NCBI GenBank assembly: GCA_003565775.1
Contig: PXAT01000060.1
Span: 14,222-78,221, forward strand
Direction: 5' to 3'
DNA from: Ectothiorhodospiraceae bacterium
Lineage (GTDB): Bacteria; Pseudomonadota; Gammaproteobacteria; Nitrococcales; Aquisalimonadaceae
DNA length: 64,000 nucleotides
The translations under genes and the position numbers were made by a program. The number at the start of each line of letters is the position of its first letter. Within the stretch, counting starts at the first letter, position 1. Shown here piece after piece: positions 52,530 to 62,700 of this stretch. The notes beneath the pieces were generated by a model that worked only from the letters and a program-made list of their open reading frames with translations, had not been told where the DNA came from and did no database searches.

Positions 52530-53563
52530 GCTGCGCCGAGCAGCCGCGCCGTCATGTCGACAATCGGGATCACGCGATCGTATTCCATCCGGGTGGGCCC
52601 GATGACCCCGAGCACGCCCAGCACCTCACCTTCGGCGGAGTACGGTGAGGTAACGAGGCTGCAGCCATCAAAAATCTGGTAGCCGGATTCCTCGCCGATG
52701 AAGATCTGGATGCCGTCAGCCGCCAGGCACTGATCGAGGATATGCAGAATGTCCCGCTTCTGGGTGAAGGCCTCGAACAGGCCACGCAGCTTCTCGACGT
52801 TGGACAACTCCTCGAACTCCATCAGATTGGTCTGTCCGGCAACAACATAGCCGTCGTCGCGGGCATCACCCCGATCGCTGAATACCTTGCCACCGACCTC
52901 GATGACCGATGTCATCAGGGCATTCATGCGCTCCCGGTCGTTGCTCATGCGCGCAAGCAATGCGCCACGCACAGAGTTGACCTCGCGTCCGGCAAACTCC
53001 TGGTTCAGGAAATTCGCCACCATCTGCAACTCGTCCGGCGTGTAATCCCGATCGGTGTGCACGATGCGGTTCTGCACCTCGTGCTCGTTCAGCACCAGGA
53101 TCGCCAGCACCCGACGGTCACTCAGAGGCAGAAACTCCACGTGCCGCAGCGACACCGCAGAACGGCGTGGCAACGTGACGACACCGGCCAGCCGGGTCAG
53201 CCCGGACAGCAGATTGGACGCGGAATCCACCAGCGCGTCGGAGCCCGCGCCCTCCTCCGCGTCAAGTCGGATGATGCGGCTCTTGAGATGCTCGCTGCCG
53301 AGACTCTGGACGGTGAGCAGGCTGTCGACGAAGAACCGGTAACCCTTGTCGGTGGGTACGCGTCCCGCCGAGGTGTGCGGTGCCCGCACGTAGCCAAGCT
53401 CCTCGAGATCGGACATGACGTTGCGCACCGTTGCCGGGCTGACATCCAGCCCGGACTCACGGGTCAGGGTGCGCGAGCCGACCGGCTGCCCATCACGGAT
53501 GTGGCGCTGTACCATGACCCGCAGCAGGTGACGTGCACGTTCGTTGAGATCGCCGTCCGTCAT
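52511..53563 (-). CDS. hrcA: Heat-inducible transcription repressor HrcA
   Basis: 350 aa. ..LNERARHLLRVMVQRHIRDGQPVGSRTL.. is the HrcA N-terminal winged helix. hrcA-grpE-dnaK-dnaJ order. Confidence 0.9.
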   Translation of the reverse strand: MTDGDLNERARHLLRVMVQRHIRDGQPVGSRTLTRESGLDVSPATVRNVMSDLEELGYVRAPHTSAGRVPTDKGYRFFVDSLLTVQSLGSEHLKSRIIRLDAEEGAGSDALVDSASNLLSGLTRLAGVVTLPRRSAVSLRHVEFLPLSDRRVLAILVLNEHEVQNRIVHTDRDYTPDELQMVANFLNQEFAGREVNSVRGALLARMSNDRERMNALMTSVIEVGGKVFSDRGDARDDGYVVAGQTNLMEFEELSNVEKLRGLFEAFTQKRDILHILDQCLAADGIQIFIGEESGYQIFDGCSLVTSPYSAEGEVLGVLGVIGPTRMEYDRVIPIVDMTARLLGAALNKKH

Positions 53564-53626
53564 GCCTGTACCGAACTCCGTATTACGTGCGGGAATCGCC
53601 GGATGCAGTGTCGCACGTCGACGCGA

Positions 53627-53653
53627 TTAGCACTCTATCGGAACGAGTGCCAG
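53627..53653 (-). promoter_or_regulatory. CIRCE operator (HrcA binding site) upstream of hrcA
   Basis: TTAGCACTC-tatcggaac-GAGTGCCAG vs consensus TTAGCACTC-N9-GAGTGCTAA, 64-90 nt upstream of the hrcA ATG. Confidence 0.8.
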
Positions 53654-53786
53654 ACAGTAGCAACAAGCCGGGAAGGCGTCAATCGTTCATGCAGCGCATA
53701 AGCATAAAAAACAACGACTTGGAAATTGTCTCCGGCCGGCCTACAGGCTTGAAGGCGAACGTCGGAGCAAGGCAGGGAGTGCCATC

Positions 53787-55469
53787 ATGTTGAGACACCT
53801 GGCGATTCGCGACTTCGCGCTGGTCGATCGGCTGGAACTGGATCTGGCCGACGGAATGACGGCACTGACCGGCGAAACCGGCGCCGGCAAATCCATTCTG
53901 CTCGACGCGCTGGGTCTGGCCCTCGGCGACCGCGGCAATGCCGACACCGTGCGTACCGGGGCGGAGCGGGCCGAGATTCACCTGGACTTCGATATCCAGG
54001 CCCTGCCCCATGTCCGCCAGTGGTTGTCGGAGCGTGAGCTGGATGCGGATGACGACTGTCTGCTGCGCCGGGTTATTCAGACCGGCGGCAGGTCTCGCGG
54101 CTTCATCAACGGCAGCCCCGTGCCGGTGACGCTCCTGCGCGAACTGGGTGAGCAACTGGTCGACATCCATGGCCAGCACGAGCACCAGAGCCTGCTCCGG
54201 CGGGACGTCCAGCGCGCCACGCTGGACGCGATCGCCGGCAACGGACCATTGCTGGATAAGCTGCGCGCGATCACGGAGCGGCTCACTGCGATCGAGACCG
54301 AGCAACAAAGGCTTGGCGGGGGCCATGCGGATCATGCCGAGCGTCAGGATTTTCTCGCGTTCCAGCTGCAGGAACTGGACGGGATGGCACTCGACCCCGA
54401 CGCCATCACGGCGCTGGAGGCGGAACACAAACGGCTGGCGAACGCCGGCGAACTGCTGCGGAGCAGCAATGCCCTGCTGCTCACGCTCAGTGATGACGAC
54501 GACTCGGCGCAAAGCCGTCTGGGCCAGTCCACGCGCGAACTGGAGCAGTTACTGGCCAGCGATCCAGGGCTGACAGAGGCTCACGAACTGCTGGCCGGCG
54601 CCTCGGTCCAGCTGGACGAGGCGGTCGACGCCCTGCGGCGGCGCAGTGAAGCCACCGAGCTGGATCCGGATCGGTTGCAGGACCTGGAGCAGCAGATGGA
54701 GGCCCTGTCGGACCTGGCGCGAAAGCACCGATGCCGGGTTGATGAACTGTTCGCGGTCCGGGAAACCCTGACGGAAGAACTCGAGGCATTGCAAAACGCC
54801 GGCGAGCGGCTGCGGGATTTGCAGCAGGAACGGCAAACCACCCTGCAGACTTACCACGCACAGGCACTCGCACTGCGCGAGAGTCGTCGACAGGCCGCAG
54901 CCACCCTGAACGACGATGTCACCCCGCGGCTGGAAGAACTGGGCATGGGCGGCGCGGCACTGCAAATCACTGTGACGCCGCGGGAAGACGAGCGGATTTC
55001 CCGGCACGGTATGGATGATGTCAGCTTCGACGTCCGCACCAACCCCGGCCAGCCATTCGGTCCGATGCACAAGATCGCCTCCGGCGGGGAACTGTCACGC
55101 ATCAGCCTGGCAATCCAGGTGGTGACCGTGCATGACACGGCGATACCGGTACTCATTTTCGACGAGGCGGATTCAGGGATCGGTGGCGGAATTGCAGAGG
55201 TGGTGGGCCGCCACCTCCGCCACCTCGGTCGTCGGCATCAGGTCCTGTGCGTTACCCACCTGCCCCAGGTCGCGGCTCAGGCGGATCATCATCTGCGGGT
55301 CAGCAAACGCAGTGAGCAGGACAGCACGGTCAGCGACGTCAAGCGTCTTGGCGAGGAGGAGCGCGTCATCGAAGTGGCGCGGATGCTCGGTGGCATGGAG
55401 CTCACGGATGCGACCCTGGAACATGCACGGGAGATGATAGACCGGTCGCGCGCTGCAGACTCTTCTTAA
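53787..55469 (+). CDS. recN: DNA repair protein RecN
   Basis: 560 aa. MLRHLAIRDFALVDRLELDL..LTGETGAGKSILLDAL, coiled-coil middle, and a C-terminal SGGELSRISLA signature. Confidence 0.9.
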   Translation: MLRHLAIRDFALVDRLELDLADGMTALTGETGAGKSILLDALGLALGDRGNADTVRTGAERAEIHLDFDIQALPHVRQWLSERELDADDDCLLRRVIQTGGRSRGFINGSPVPVTLLRELGEQLVDIHGQHEHQSLLRRDVQRATLDAIAGNGPLLDKLRAITERLTAIETEQQRLGGGHADHAERQDFLAFQLQELDGMALDPDAITALEAEHKRLANAGELLRSSNALLLTLSDDDDSAQSRLGQSTRELEQLLASDPGLTEAHELLAGASVQLDEAVDALRRRSEATELDPDRLQDLEQQMEALSDLARKHRCRVDELFAVRETLTEELEALQNAGERLRDLQQERQTTLQTYHAQALALRESRRQAAATLNDDVTPRLEELGMGGAALQITVTPREDERISRHGMDDVSFDVRTNPGQPFGPMHKIASGGELSRISLAIQVVTVHDTAIPVLIFDEADSGIGGGIAEVVGRHLRHLGRRHQVLCVTHLPQVAAQADHHLRVSKRSEQDSTVSDVKRLGEEERVIEVARMLGGMELTDATLEHAREMIDRSRAADSS

Positions 55470-55530
55470 AAAACGCCATGCAGCCTACTGTTTTTCCAGT
55501 TGAAAACAGCGACGAATCAGGCCGGCCGGG

Positions 55531-55971
55531 TCAGTTCCTGCCCGGGCTCGACACGGAATCCGCCGCGCGGCAGTCCGGGCAAACGCCGTAGATGATCAGC
55601 GAATGGTCGCGCATCGCGAACCCCATTTCCTCGGCAACGATCTTCTGCCGACCTTCGATGACCGGGTCGATGAACTCCTCGATGGAGCCGCATTCAATGC
55701 ACACGATGTGATCGTGATGGCCCTGCTCGTCAAGTTCGAAAACCGACTGGTTGCCCTCGAAGTGATGCCGTACCACAAGCCCCGCTGATTCGAACTGGGT
55801 CAGCACGCGATACACGGTCGCCAGACCGATATCCTCGCCGGAGTCCAGCAGGCGCCGATAGACGTCCTCGGCCGAGAGGTGCCGGTTATCACTGGTCTCC
55901 AGCATTTCCAGGATTTTCATCCGTGGCAAGGTGACTTTCAGCCCGGCCTTCTTGAGATCCTTCGACTCCAC
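55531..55971 (-). CDS. fur: Ferric uptake regulator
   Basis: Track ORF is 55531-56043; GTG 55971 gives (M)ESKDLKKAGLKVTLPRMKILEML... HHDHIVCIECG..CPDC metal sites. Confidence 0.85.
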   Translation of the reverse strand: MESKDLKKAGLKVTLPRMKILEMLETSDNRHLSAEDVYRRLLDSGEDIGLATVYRVLTQFESAGLVVRHHFEGNQSVFELDEQGHHDHIVCIECGSIEEFIDPVIEGRQKIVAEEMGFAMRDHSLIIYGVCPDCRAADSVSSPGRN

Positions 55972-56054
55972 GCCATTCCCCTGTCGATCGTGTGCATCGG
56001 TGCGCGAGTAGGTTATGATCGCTGCCAGTTTCAGTCCCGGCAAAAGAGCCCTAC

Positions 56055-56402
56055 ATGCAACGCATTTGTCTCATTGTATTACTCTCCGTGGGCAGCGTCT
56101 CCCTCGGCGCCTGTTCCCTGTCGAATATCCCGTTCACCTATCAGGTACCGGTGCAGCAGGGGAATGTCATCACCGACGAGCAGATCGCCCAGCTCCGTCC
56201 CGGCATGACCCAGCGTCAGGTGCGCTTCATTCTCGGCACGCCCGCCATCGAGGACACGTTCCGGGTGAATCGCTGGGACTACGTGCACACGGAGAGAGAC
56301 GGCGGCGGTGGCAAACCGGAGCGCCTGACGGTGATCTTCGGTGACGACGGCAATCTGCAGGAGCTGCGCGGAAACATGGCGCCGGAAGACTGGGGCGCCT
56401 GA
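56055..56402 (+). CDS. bamE: Outer membrane protein assembly factor BamE
   Basis: 115 aa. Lipobox ..SVSLGAC, then VQQGNVITDEQIAQLRPGMTQRQVRFILGTP. Confidence 0.85.
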   Translation: MQRICLIVLLSVGSVSLGACSLSNIPFTYQVPVQQGNVITDEQIAQLRPGMTQRQVRFILGTPAIEDTFRVNRWDYVHTERDGGGGKPERLTVIFGDDGNLQELRGNMAPEDWGA

Positions 56403-56447
56403 CTCCGCGACGCCCCGGGAACAATGTCTGTGTTCCCCAGGTAACGG

Positions 56448-56732
56448 TTACCCGGACATTTTCGCGCGTCGACGTCGGTGTTCTTTCGGATCGACCAGCA
56501 GAGGCCGGTAGATTTCGACACGATCTCCGTCACGCAGGATCCGGGTCAGCCCGACGATCTCCCCGAAAATACCCACCTGCTGCTCGTTCAGGTTGATGTC
56601 CGGGTGCTTCTGCAGCACGCCCGACGCCCTGATAGCGCTCTCGATCGTGCTGCCCGCAGGCACCGTCAGTTGCAAGAGTGTCTGTCGGGCCGGCAAGGCA
56701 TATGCGACCTCGATCTGCAGCATGTCGGCCAT
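56448..56732 (-). CDS. rnfH: RnfH/RatB-family ubiquitin-like protein
   Basis: 94 aa. ..IEVAYALPARQ..IESAIRASGVL..DGDRVEIYRPL..DPKE.RR. Confidence 0.8.
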   Translation of the reverse strand: MADMLQIEVAYALPARQTLLQLTVPAGSTIESAIRASGVLQKHPDINLNEQQVGIFGEIVGLTRILRDGDRVEIYRPLLVDPKEHRRRRAKMSG

Positions 56733-56734
56733 GC

Positions 56735-57169
56735 TCAGGGCCCGTAGACCTGCCGTGCACGCTTGACGAACGAATCCACCAGCCGATTCGCCAACTCGTC
56801 GAAAACGCGACCAAAGGCGAGACGCGCCAGCGTGTTGGAAAACTCGAACTCCAGGTCCAGTGAGACCTTGCTGGAGTCATCGCCGAGTTGCTGGAAACGC
56901 CAGTAACCGTCCAGCCGGCGAAAAGGACCCTCCACCAGGCGAATCTCCAGCATCTTGCCGCGTTGTGAGCGATTCAATGTGGTGAATGAGCGGCTGAGCC
57001 CGCCCTTGCTGATGGTGACCGACGCCTTGATCTCGTCGCCGTTGTCCTGCAGCACCGCGCTATCGGTACACCAGGGAAGAAATTCCTTGTAACGATCCAC
57101 GTCCTCGACCAGATCGAACATCTGAGTCGCCGAATACGGAACCAGCGCGCTGCGGGAAATGCTTGCCAT
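56735..57169 (-). CDS. ratA: SRPBCC-fold RatA/YfjG (Coq10-like) protein
   Basis: 144 aa. ..SALVPYSATQMFDLVEDVDRYKEFLPWC... Sits 2 nt upstream of rnfH as in the E. coli ratA-ratB pair. Confidence 0.8.
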   Translation of the reverse strand: MASISRSALVPYSATQMFDLVEDVDRYKEFLPWCTDSAVLQDNGDEIKASVTISKGGLSRSFTTLNRSQRGKMLEIRLVEGPFRRLDGYWRFQQLGDDSSKVSLDLEFEFSNTLARLAFGRVFDELANRLVDSFVKRARQVYGP

Positions 57170-57186
57170 GACGTCTCGCAGATTGG

Positions 57187-58542
57187 TTAAAGAGTGTGCC
57201 AGGCAAGCCCAAGGCCACTTGCGAACAGCAACAGCAGCGCGAGTGGCAGGCTTACCCGTATGGCGGCGTGAACACCGAAACGCAGAGGTGCGCCAGTCAT
57301 TCCTGTGGAAAGCGTGTCACGGGGGAGCCACCAGCAACAGTACAAGGCAGTCCCGAGTGCCAGAAGCGGGAGCAAGATAAGGCCCAGAAAACGATTCAGC
57401 AAGTCGGGCAGCGACAAGCCCGAGAGTCCCGGCAAAACCTCCCATGGTCGCCAGTCTGTCCACAGACTATAACCAAGCAGAATCACCACGGCGAGCAACC
57501 AGGCCGCCCCGACGGACAACACCGTCGCGCGCTGCAGGTCGAACGGTCCACGCTGCAGACTCGCCACCGGGACCTGCAGCAGCACCACGCCGCTGGTCAG
57601 CAGGAACAGCAGGACCAGCACGGCAAACAGGGATGACAGCAATGCAGCCATGGGCAGGCTTGCCAGCATCGGCGGTATCGCCTGGAACAGGACATCTATC
57701 CCGCCGAGCCCACGTGCACCGGACACACCCAGCAGACTCAGCACCATCACGGCGGCCAGCAGCACGAGGACGGCATGCAGCAGCAGCACAACCAGTGCCA
57801 GGCGCACGACCCGATCGCCCGGCTTCAACCCGCAGCCGAGAGTGATGCCGACACCCGTTGCAACCGCGGCGGCAAAAAACGCCTGCTGCGCGCCGGCAAA
57901 CAGCGCCGACCATGTCATCGGGCCGTTTGTCGCAACAGCCAGCAGTGCGATCGGTCCAGTCCCGGCGCGCAGGAGCACCATCGTTGCAAGGGCCAGCAAC
58001 AGCAACAGACCGGCCGGAACCGCGACCAGAAGGAACCCTTCCAGTGCGCGGCGACCGGCGGCTACCGGCAACGCCACCGCAAGCAGAAACAGGGTAAGCC
58101 AACCGAGACTCCGTTCCGGTTCGTTCACCAGATCGCTCAGTGCCCGGCTCAGCAAGGGACCCTCCAGCGGCTCGCCACCGGCTGCGAGCATGCGAAACAC
58201 AAACCCTGTCGACCAGGCAGCGATGACCGCCAGACCAGCGACAGCCAGCAAAGCTGCCAAAACCATGCCGCGCCCCAGCCATTGCCAGTGCCGACTGTGG
58301 CCATGCAAGCTCGCGAGCGATCGGAAGGCCGCCACGGGCGACTGACGAGTGACCCGACCCGCGATCAGTTCCAGACTCAGCAGGGGCAGACCGAGCAGCA
58401 GCAAGCCGACACCGTAACCCAGCAGAAAACCACTGCCCTGCTCGGCCAGCAGCACCGGGGAGCGGGACAGACTGGCGAAACCGATGCTGACGCCGAGCAG
58501 CGCCAGCGCAGGGACAAGGGGCGACGACCAGTCGCCGTGCAT
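57187..58542 (-). CDS. Degenerate NSS/SNF-like polytopic membrane protein
   Basis: Track ORF is 57187-58689 (its GTG would overlap smpB). ATG 58542 gives MHGDWSSPLVPALALLGVSIGFASLSRSPVLLAEQGSGFLLGYGVGLLLLGLPLLSLELIAGR. This aligns by eye to the NSS TM1-TM2 region, but the GLGN.WRFPY motif is lost. Confidence 0.5.
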   Translation of the reverse strand: MHGDWSSPLVPALALLGVSIGFASLSRSPVLLAEQGSGFLLGYGVGLLLLGLPLLSLELIAGRVTRQSPVAAFRSLASLHGHSRHWQWLGRGMVLAALLAVAGLAVIAAWSTGFVFRMLAAGGEPLEGPLLSRALSDLVNEPERSLGWLTLFLLAVALPVAAGRRALEGFLLVAVPAGLLLLLALATMVLLRAGTGPIALLAVATNGPMTWSALFAGAQQAFFAAAVATGVGITLGCGLKPGDRVVRLALVVLLLHAVLVLLAAVMVLSLLGVSGARGLGGIDVLFQAIPPMLASLPMAALLSSLFAVLVLLFLLTSGVVLLQVPVASLQRGPFDLQRATVLSVGAAWLLAVVILLGYSLWTDWRPWEVLPGLSGLSLPDLLNRFLGLILLPLLALGTALYCCWWLPRDTLSTGMTGAPLRFGVHAAIRVSLPLALLLLFASGLGLAWHTL

Positions 58543-58656
58543 CGACCGTCGGGGGATGGTCAAGGGCAAGCCTCTTCGCGGGAGTTCCCCGGCATTCTTC
58601 GTTATCCGATGCCATGCGGGCAAGTCCGGTAGTGCTGAACGAAGCCTGCCGTTACA

Positions 58657-59142
58657 ATGCGCCGCGTGAGCAAAAACAAGCCGAAACACGAATCCAACGT
58701 CATTGCGGTCAACCGCAAATCACGTCACGACTACTTCATCGAGGAAACCGTTGAAGCGGGTCTCGTCCTCGAAGGATGGGAGGTGAAGAGTCTGCGTGCG
58801 GGCCGGGTCAGCCTGGCAGAAGGCTATGTGGTGATGCGGCGGGGCGAGGCCTGGTTGATCGGCGGCAACATTCAACCGCTGTCATCCGCTTCCACGCATG
58901 TCGCCTGCGACCCCGTTCGCACGCGCAAGCTGCTGCTGCACGCGAAGGAGATCGCCCGACTGACCGGGGCTGCCGACCGCGAGGGCTACACGCTGGTGCC
59001 ATTGAAGATGCACTGGCGGCGCGGGCGCGCCAAGCTGGATATCGGGCTCGCCAAGGGCAAGAAGAACTACGACAAGCGCGAAACCCAGAAGCAGCAGGAC
59101 TGGAAACGCCAGAAGGAACGCCTGCTCAAGCATCGCGTCTGA
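58657..59142 (+). CDS. smpB: SsrA-binding protein SmpB
   Basis: ..[34 protein letters not shown]..; the start may instead be GTG 58666. Confidence 0.9.
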   Translation: MRRVSKNKPKHESNVIAVNRKSRHDYFIEETVEAGLVLEGWEVKSLRAGRVSLAEGYVVMRRGEAWLIGGNIQPLSSASTHVACDPVRTRKLLLHAKEIARLTGAADREGYTLVPLKMHWRRGRAKLDIGLAKGKKNYDKRETQKQQDWKRQKERLLKHRV

Positions 59143-59250
59143 GCCGGTGGCGCAACATGGGCATGCGCCAATGCCTGCCCGCACTTGGGAAAGCGTCGGA
59201 CAGGCCCCACATATAACTGCGAGAAAGACTGTATACTGAAGACTCTATCC

Positions 59251-59620
59251 GGGGGCGACATGGTCTCGACGTGGATAGTGAAACCCGAGGTGCATGCCGA
59301 GGACGTCGTTCAATCCTCGTAAAACAAAAGCGACCAACTTAAACATAGTTGCCAACGACGATAACTACGCTCTAGCGGCCTAAAAACCCCGCTAGCTGTC
59401 GAACTCGGTGAATGCTTGTGGTCCTGAGTTGACAGTCGTAGAGCACAAGCTCGCAGTACCAGGGTCCGCCTGTCCGTGGTGCTGTTAAATCGACCGGGCT
59501 AGTTGATCACGTTCCCTTGCTCGCTGGGTAGTGATCGGCGAATGCTAAAAGCGGGCTAAGCATGTAGATCCAACGGTGGATCATCTGCGGACGCGGGTTC
59601 GATTCCCGCCGCCTCCACCA
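59251..59620 (+). ncRNA. ssrA: tmRNA (SsrA)
   Basis: 5' GGGGGCGACATGGTCTCGACG pairs with 3' ..CGCCTCCACCA (G3:U pair). Tag reading frame GCCAACGACGATAACTACGCTCTAGCGGCCTAA = ANDDNYALAA* at 59351-59383. T-arm GGTTCGATTCC. Confidence 0.9.
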
Positions 59621-59655
59621 AAAACCGTTTCACCGGCGTTCGGTGAGACCCTGAA

Positions 59656-59688
59656 ACCCGCGCAGCAACAGGCTTCGCGGGTTTTTTG
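59656..59688 (+). terminator. Rho-independent terminator after ssrA
   Basis: ACCCGCG-cagcaacaggctt-CGCGGGT followed by TTTTTTG. Confidence 0.7.
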
Positions 59689-59764
59689 TTGGGCGCCGGA
59701 ATTCACCGCAGTTCGGGAAACGCCCCACCATCGCCGAAAGCAGACTGTCTTCAGGCCGCCGGCG

Positions 59765-62700
59765 TCAATCGGAAGAAGCAAGGCGTCGGGCCACGTTTTC
59801 GTAGACTGCGAGCATGGCCGGCACCAGGAACAGCACGATCAGCGACGCCATGGCCAGACCGAAGGCGATGGAGATGGCCATGGGAATCAGGAACTGGGCC
59901 TGGACCGAGGTCTCGAACAGCAACGGCGTCAACCCGCCGATGGTGGTCAGGGTTGTGACCAGCACCGGCCGGAGGCGCAGCCGCGAGGCCTCCATCAGTG
60001 CCTCCTCCACCGGACTGTCAGGATTCTGGTCGCGGATCTCGCGATAGAAGGTCACGAGGATGATGCTGTTGTTCACCACGATTCCGGACAGACCGAACAG
60101 ACCGAACAGGGACAGGATCGTCAGATCCAGGCCGAACAGGTAATGACCGAAAAACGCACCGACTATCCCGAACGGGATCACTGCCATCACCAGTAGCGGC
60201 CAGCCGTAGGACGAAAAGACGAAGGCCAGGATCAGGTAGATCAGCGCCAGTGCGAGCATAAGGCCCACCCGCATGTCTGCCAGGGTTTCCTCCTGGTCGG
60301 CCGCCTGTCCGCCAAACGCCGTCTGGACCCCGTACCGTTCGCGCAGTTCCGGCAGCAGATTCTCTTCCAGATCGGCAATGATCCGGTTCGCGTTGGTCAC
60401 CTGGGAATCCACATCGGCCGTGGGCCGCACCGCCAGTCTGCCTTCATGGTGTCTCAGGGACGCAAAGCTGCGCCGGGTCTCCACATCCGCCACGTTCCCC
60501 AGGGGCACCAGCTGTCCATCCGGCGTGCGCACCCGGAAGTCTTCCAGACTGGCCAGTTGATGGCGCTGCTCCCGGGCCATGCGCACCCACACCTCCACCT
60601 CATCCCGGCCCTGCTGAAAGATCTGCGCAAGGGCACCGCTGTAGGCCTGGCGAAGCTGGTTGCCGAGATCGGCGGACGACAGCCCCAGGGCGTGGCCCTG
60701 ATCGTTGAGCCGGTAGATCCACTGCTCCGGCCCGTAGGGCAGATCGTCGGTCACGCCGGATACGCCGGGGCGTTGCCGAAGATCCGCCTGGACCTCCATG
60801 GAGGCGGCCTTGAGCTGTTCCGGCTGGGCACCGGTGATGCGCACGTCAATATCGGCCCCGGGTGGCCCCTGACCACGCTCCCTGACCACAAGGCTTTCCA
60901 GCCCCGGTGCCTGCGGTGCGTTCTCTTCGACGGCGCGGATGAAGGAACGGTTACGCACGTCCCGCTGATCCGGCGGACTCAACTGAATGAAGATGCCGCC
61001 ATAGTTTTCACCCAGCCGGGTATCGGCAGGGTCCGTCGACACGGTACTTCCCGTGCGACCCACGCGCGTCAGGAGAATGTCGCCCCCCAGTGCCTCGTCG
61101 GTGGCCACGAGGGTTTCCTCCAGCTGCTCGAGGTAGGCTTCCACGCGTTCCCTGGGTGTACCGGGTGCGAAGCTGACATTGGCATACAGGGTTTCGCCCT
61201 CGACGCTGGGGAAGAAGGTGAACGCGAGGCGCCCCGACGCTACCAGTGCCACGGCCACGATCAGCAGCGCCACCGGCACCGCCATGGTGGCCCAGGGGTT
61301 ATGGATGGCCAGCCGCACGCTTCGGCAGAACGGACCGTCCCGAAACCGGTTGAAGACAGCATCCGCTTTCTGGCGGTACCGGTTCGGCGAACTGCGCTCG
61401 GCGCGTTCAAAGGAGCGACGCAGATGGCCGGGCAGAATGAAGAATGCCTGGACGATGGCGGCGACGATCACGCACACCACCACCAGTGGAATGTCGAACA
61501 GAATGTTGCCGATGGGCCCACCGATGATCATCAGCGGCAGAAATGCGGCAATGGTGGTCAGGGATGCCGCCATGACCGGCGCGAACATCCGCCGTGCGCC
61601 GTTTACCGCCGCCTCCGCCGCACCCTCGCCGTTCTGAAAGCGACTGTAGGCGTTCTCCCCCACCACCACGGCGTTATCGACGATGATGCCCAATGCCATG
61701 ATGAAGGCGAACAGGCTCATCATGTTGATGCTGCCGCCGGTGAAGAACAGCACCGTGAGTGCGGCAAGGAACGAGGTCGGAATCCCCAGAGTCACCCAGA
61801 AGGCCATGCGCGCGGAGAGGAATGCCAGCAGGATACCGATGACCAGCAGAAGCCCGCCCGCACCGTTTTTCAGCAGCAGTGCGATCCGTTCGCTGATGAA
61901 CTGCCAGAATTCGTCGAAGACCTCGATGTTCACACCTTCCGGCAGGGTCGGCACACGCTGCTGCAGAAACCCATCCAGCAGGCGGGCGGCTGCCAGAGAG
62001 TCTTCCTGCTCGGCGCGCTCCACCACGAGCTCGACCGCGTCACCCTGTGCGGTGCGCAGTTGCACCTCCCGGTCCCTAGCCTGCTGCAGGACGGTTGCCA
62101 GAGTTCCCAGCGGGACGCTGCGGCCGCCGTCAAGGAAAATCGGCAGATTTTCGAAGGCCTGCGCCGAACGGGCCTGATCCACGCCGCGCAACTGACGGGC
62201 CACATCCCATTCACCCGCTTCCCCGCCCGGGGTGTCCCGGCTCTGGGTATCAACCCGCGTTGCCAGATCCGCGAACGTCAGCCCGAGGTCGTTGAGCCGC
62301 TGCTGATCCACTTCAATACTGATTTCCTGCTCTGCGAGACCCTTGAGCTCTACCCGGGTCGCGCCCTGCTCCAGCAACTCCTCCTCAAGCCATCGCGCCA
62401 GTTCCCGAACTTCCCGGGTGGAGAGTTCGCCACTGATCAGCACGCGCGCGACAGTGTCGTAACGCAGTACCCGCTGGATGGTGGGCTCCCGGGATTCCTC
62501 GGGCAGTCCCCGCACGCCGGCAACACGGTCCTTCACCTGCTCGGTCGCCTCGGTGATATCGGTCCCTTCGCGGAACTCGAGCACGATGGTGGCGCTGCCG
62601 TCGGCGGAGGTGGAGGTCAGCTCGCGCAGCCCGTCCAACCCCCGGAGTTCCTCCTCCAGGGGAGAGGTCACGGCGTCCACCACCTCTTCCGCCGTGGCAC

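Noticed and set aside
55488-55509. CTGTTTT-ccagttg-AAAACAG dyad between recN and fur, considered as a LexA box or terminator
   Set aside because: The CTGT..ACAG spacing is 14, not the 8 of the gammaproteobacterial SOS box, and it lies downstream of recN rather than upstream. The AT-only stem is weak for a terminator.
56448-57169. RatA/RatB (rnfH) as a toxin-antitoxin or defence module
   Set aside because: The pair sits in its conserved housekeeping position next to smpB. RatA is a Coq10-like SRPBCC protein, and nothing in the sequence suggests a mobile or defence context.
59621-59765. ssrA 3' end as a genomic-island integration site
   Set aside because: No integrase gene follows, I could not find a direct repeat of the tmRNA 3' end, and RND efflux genes follow after a normal terminator.
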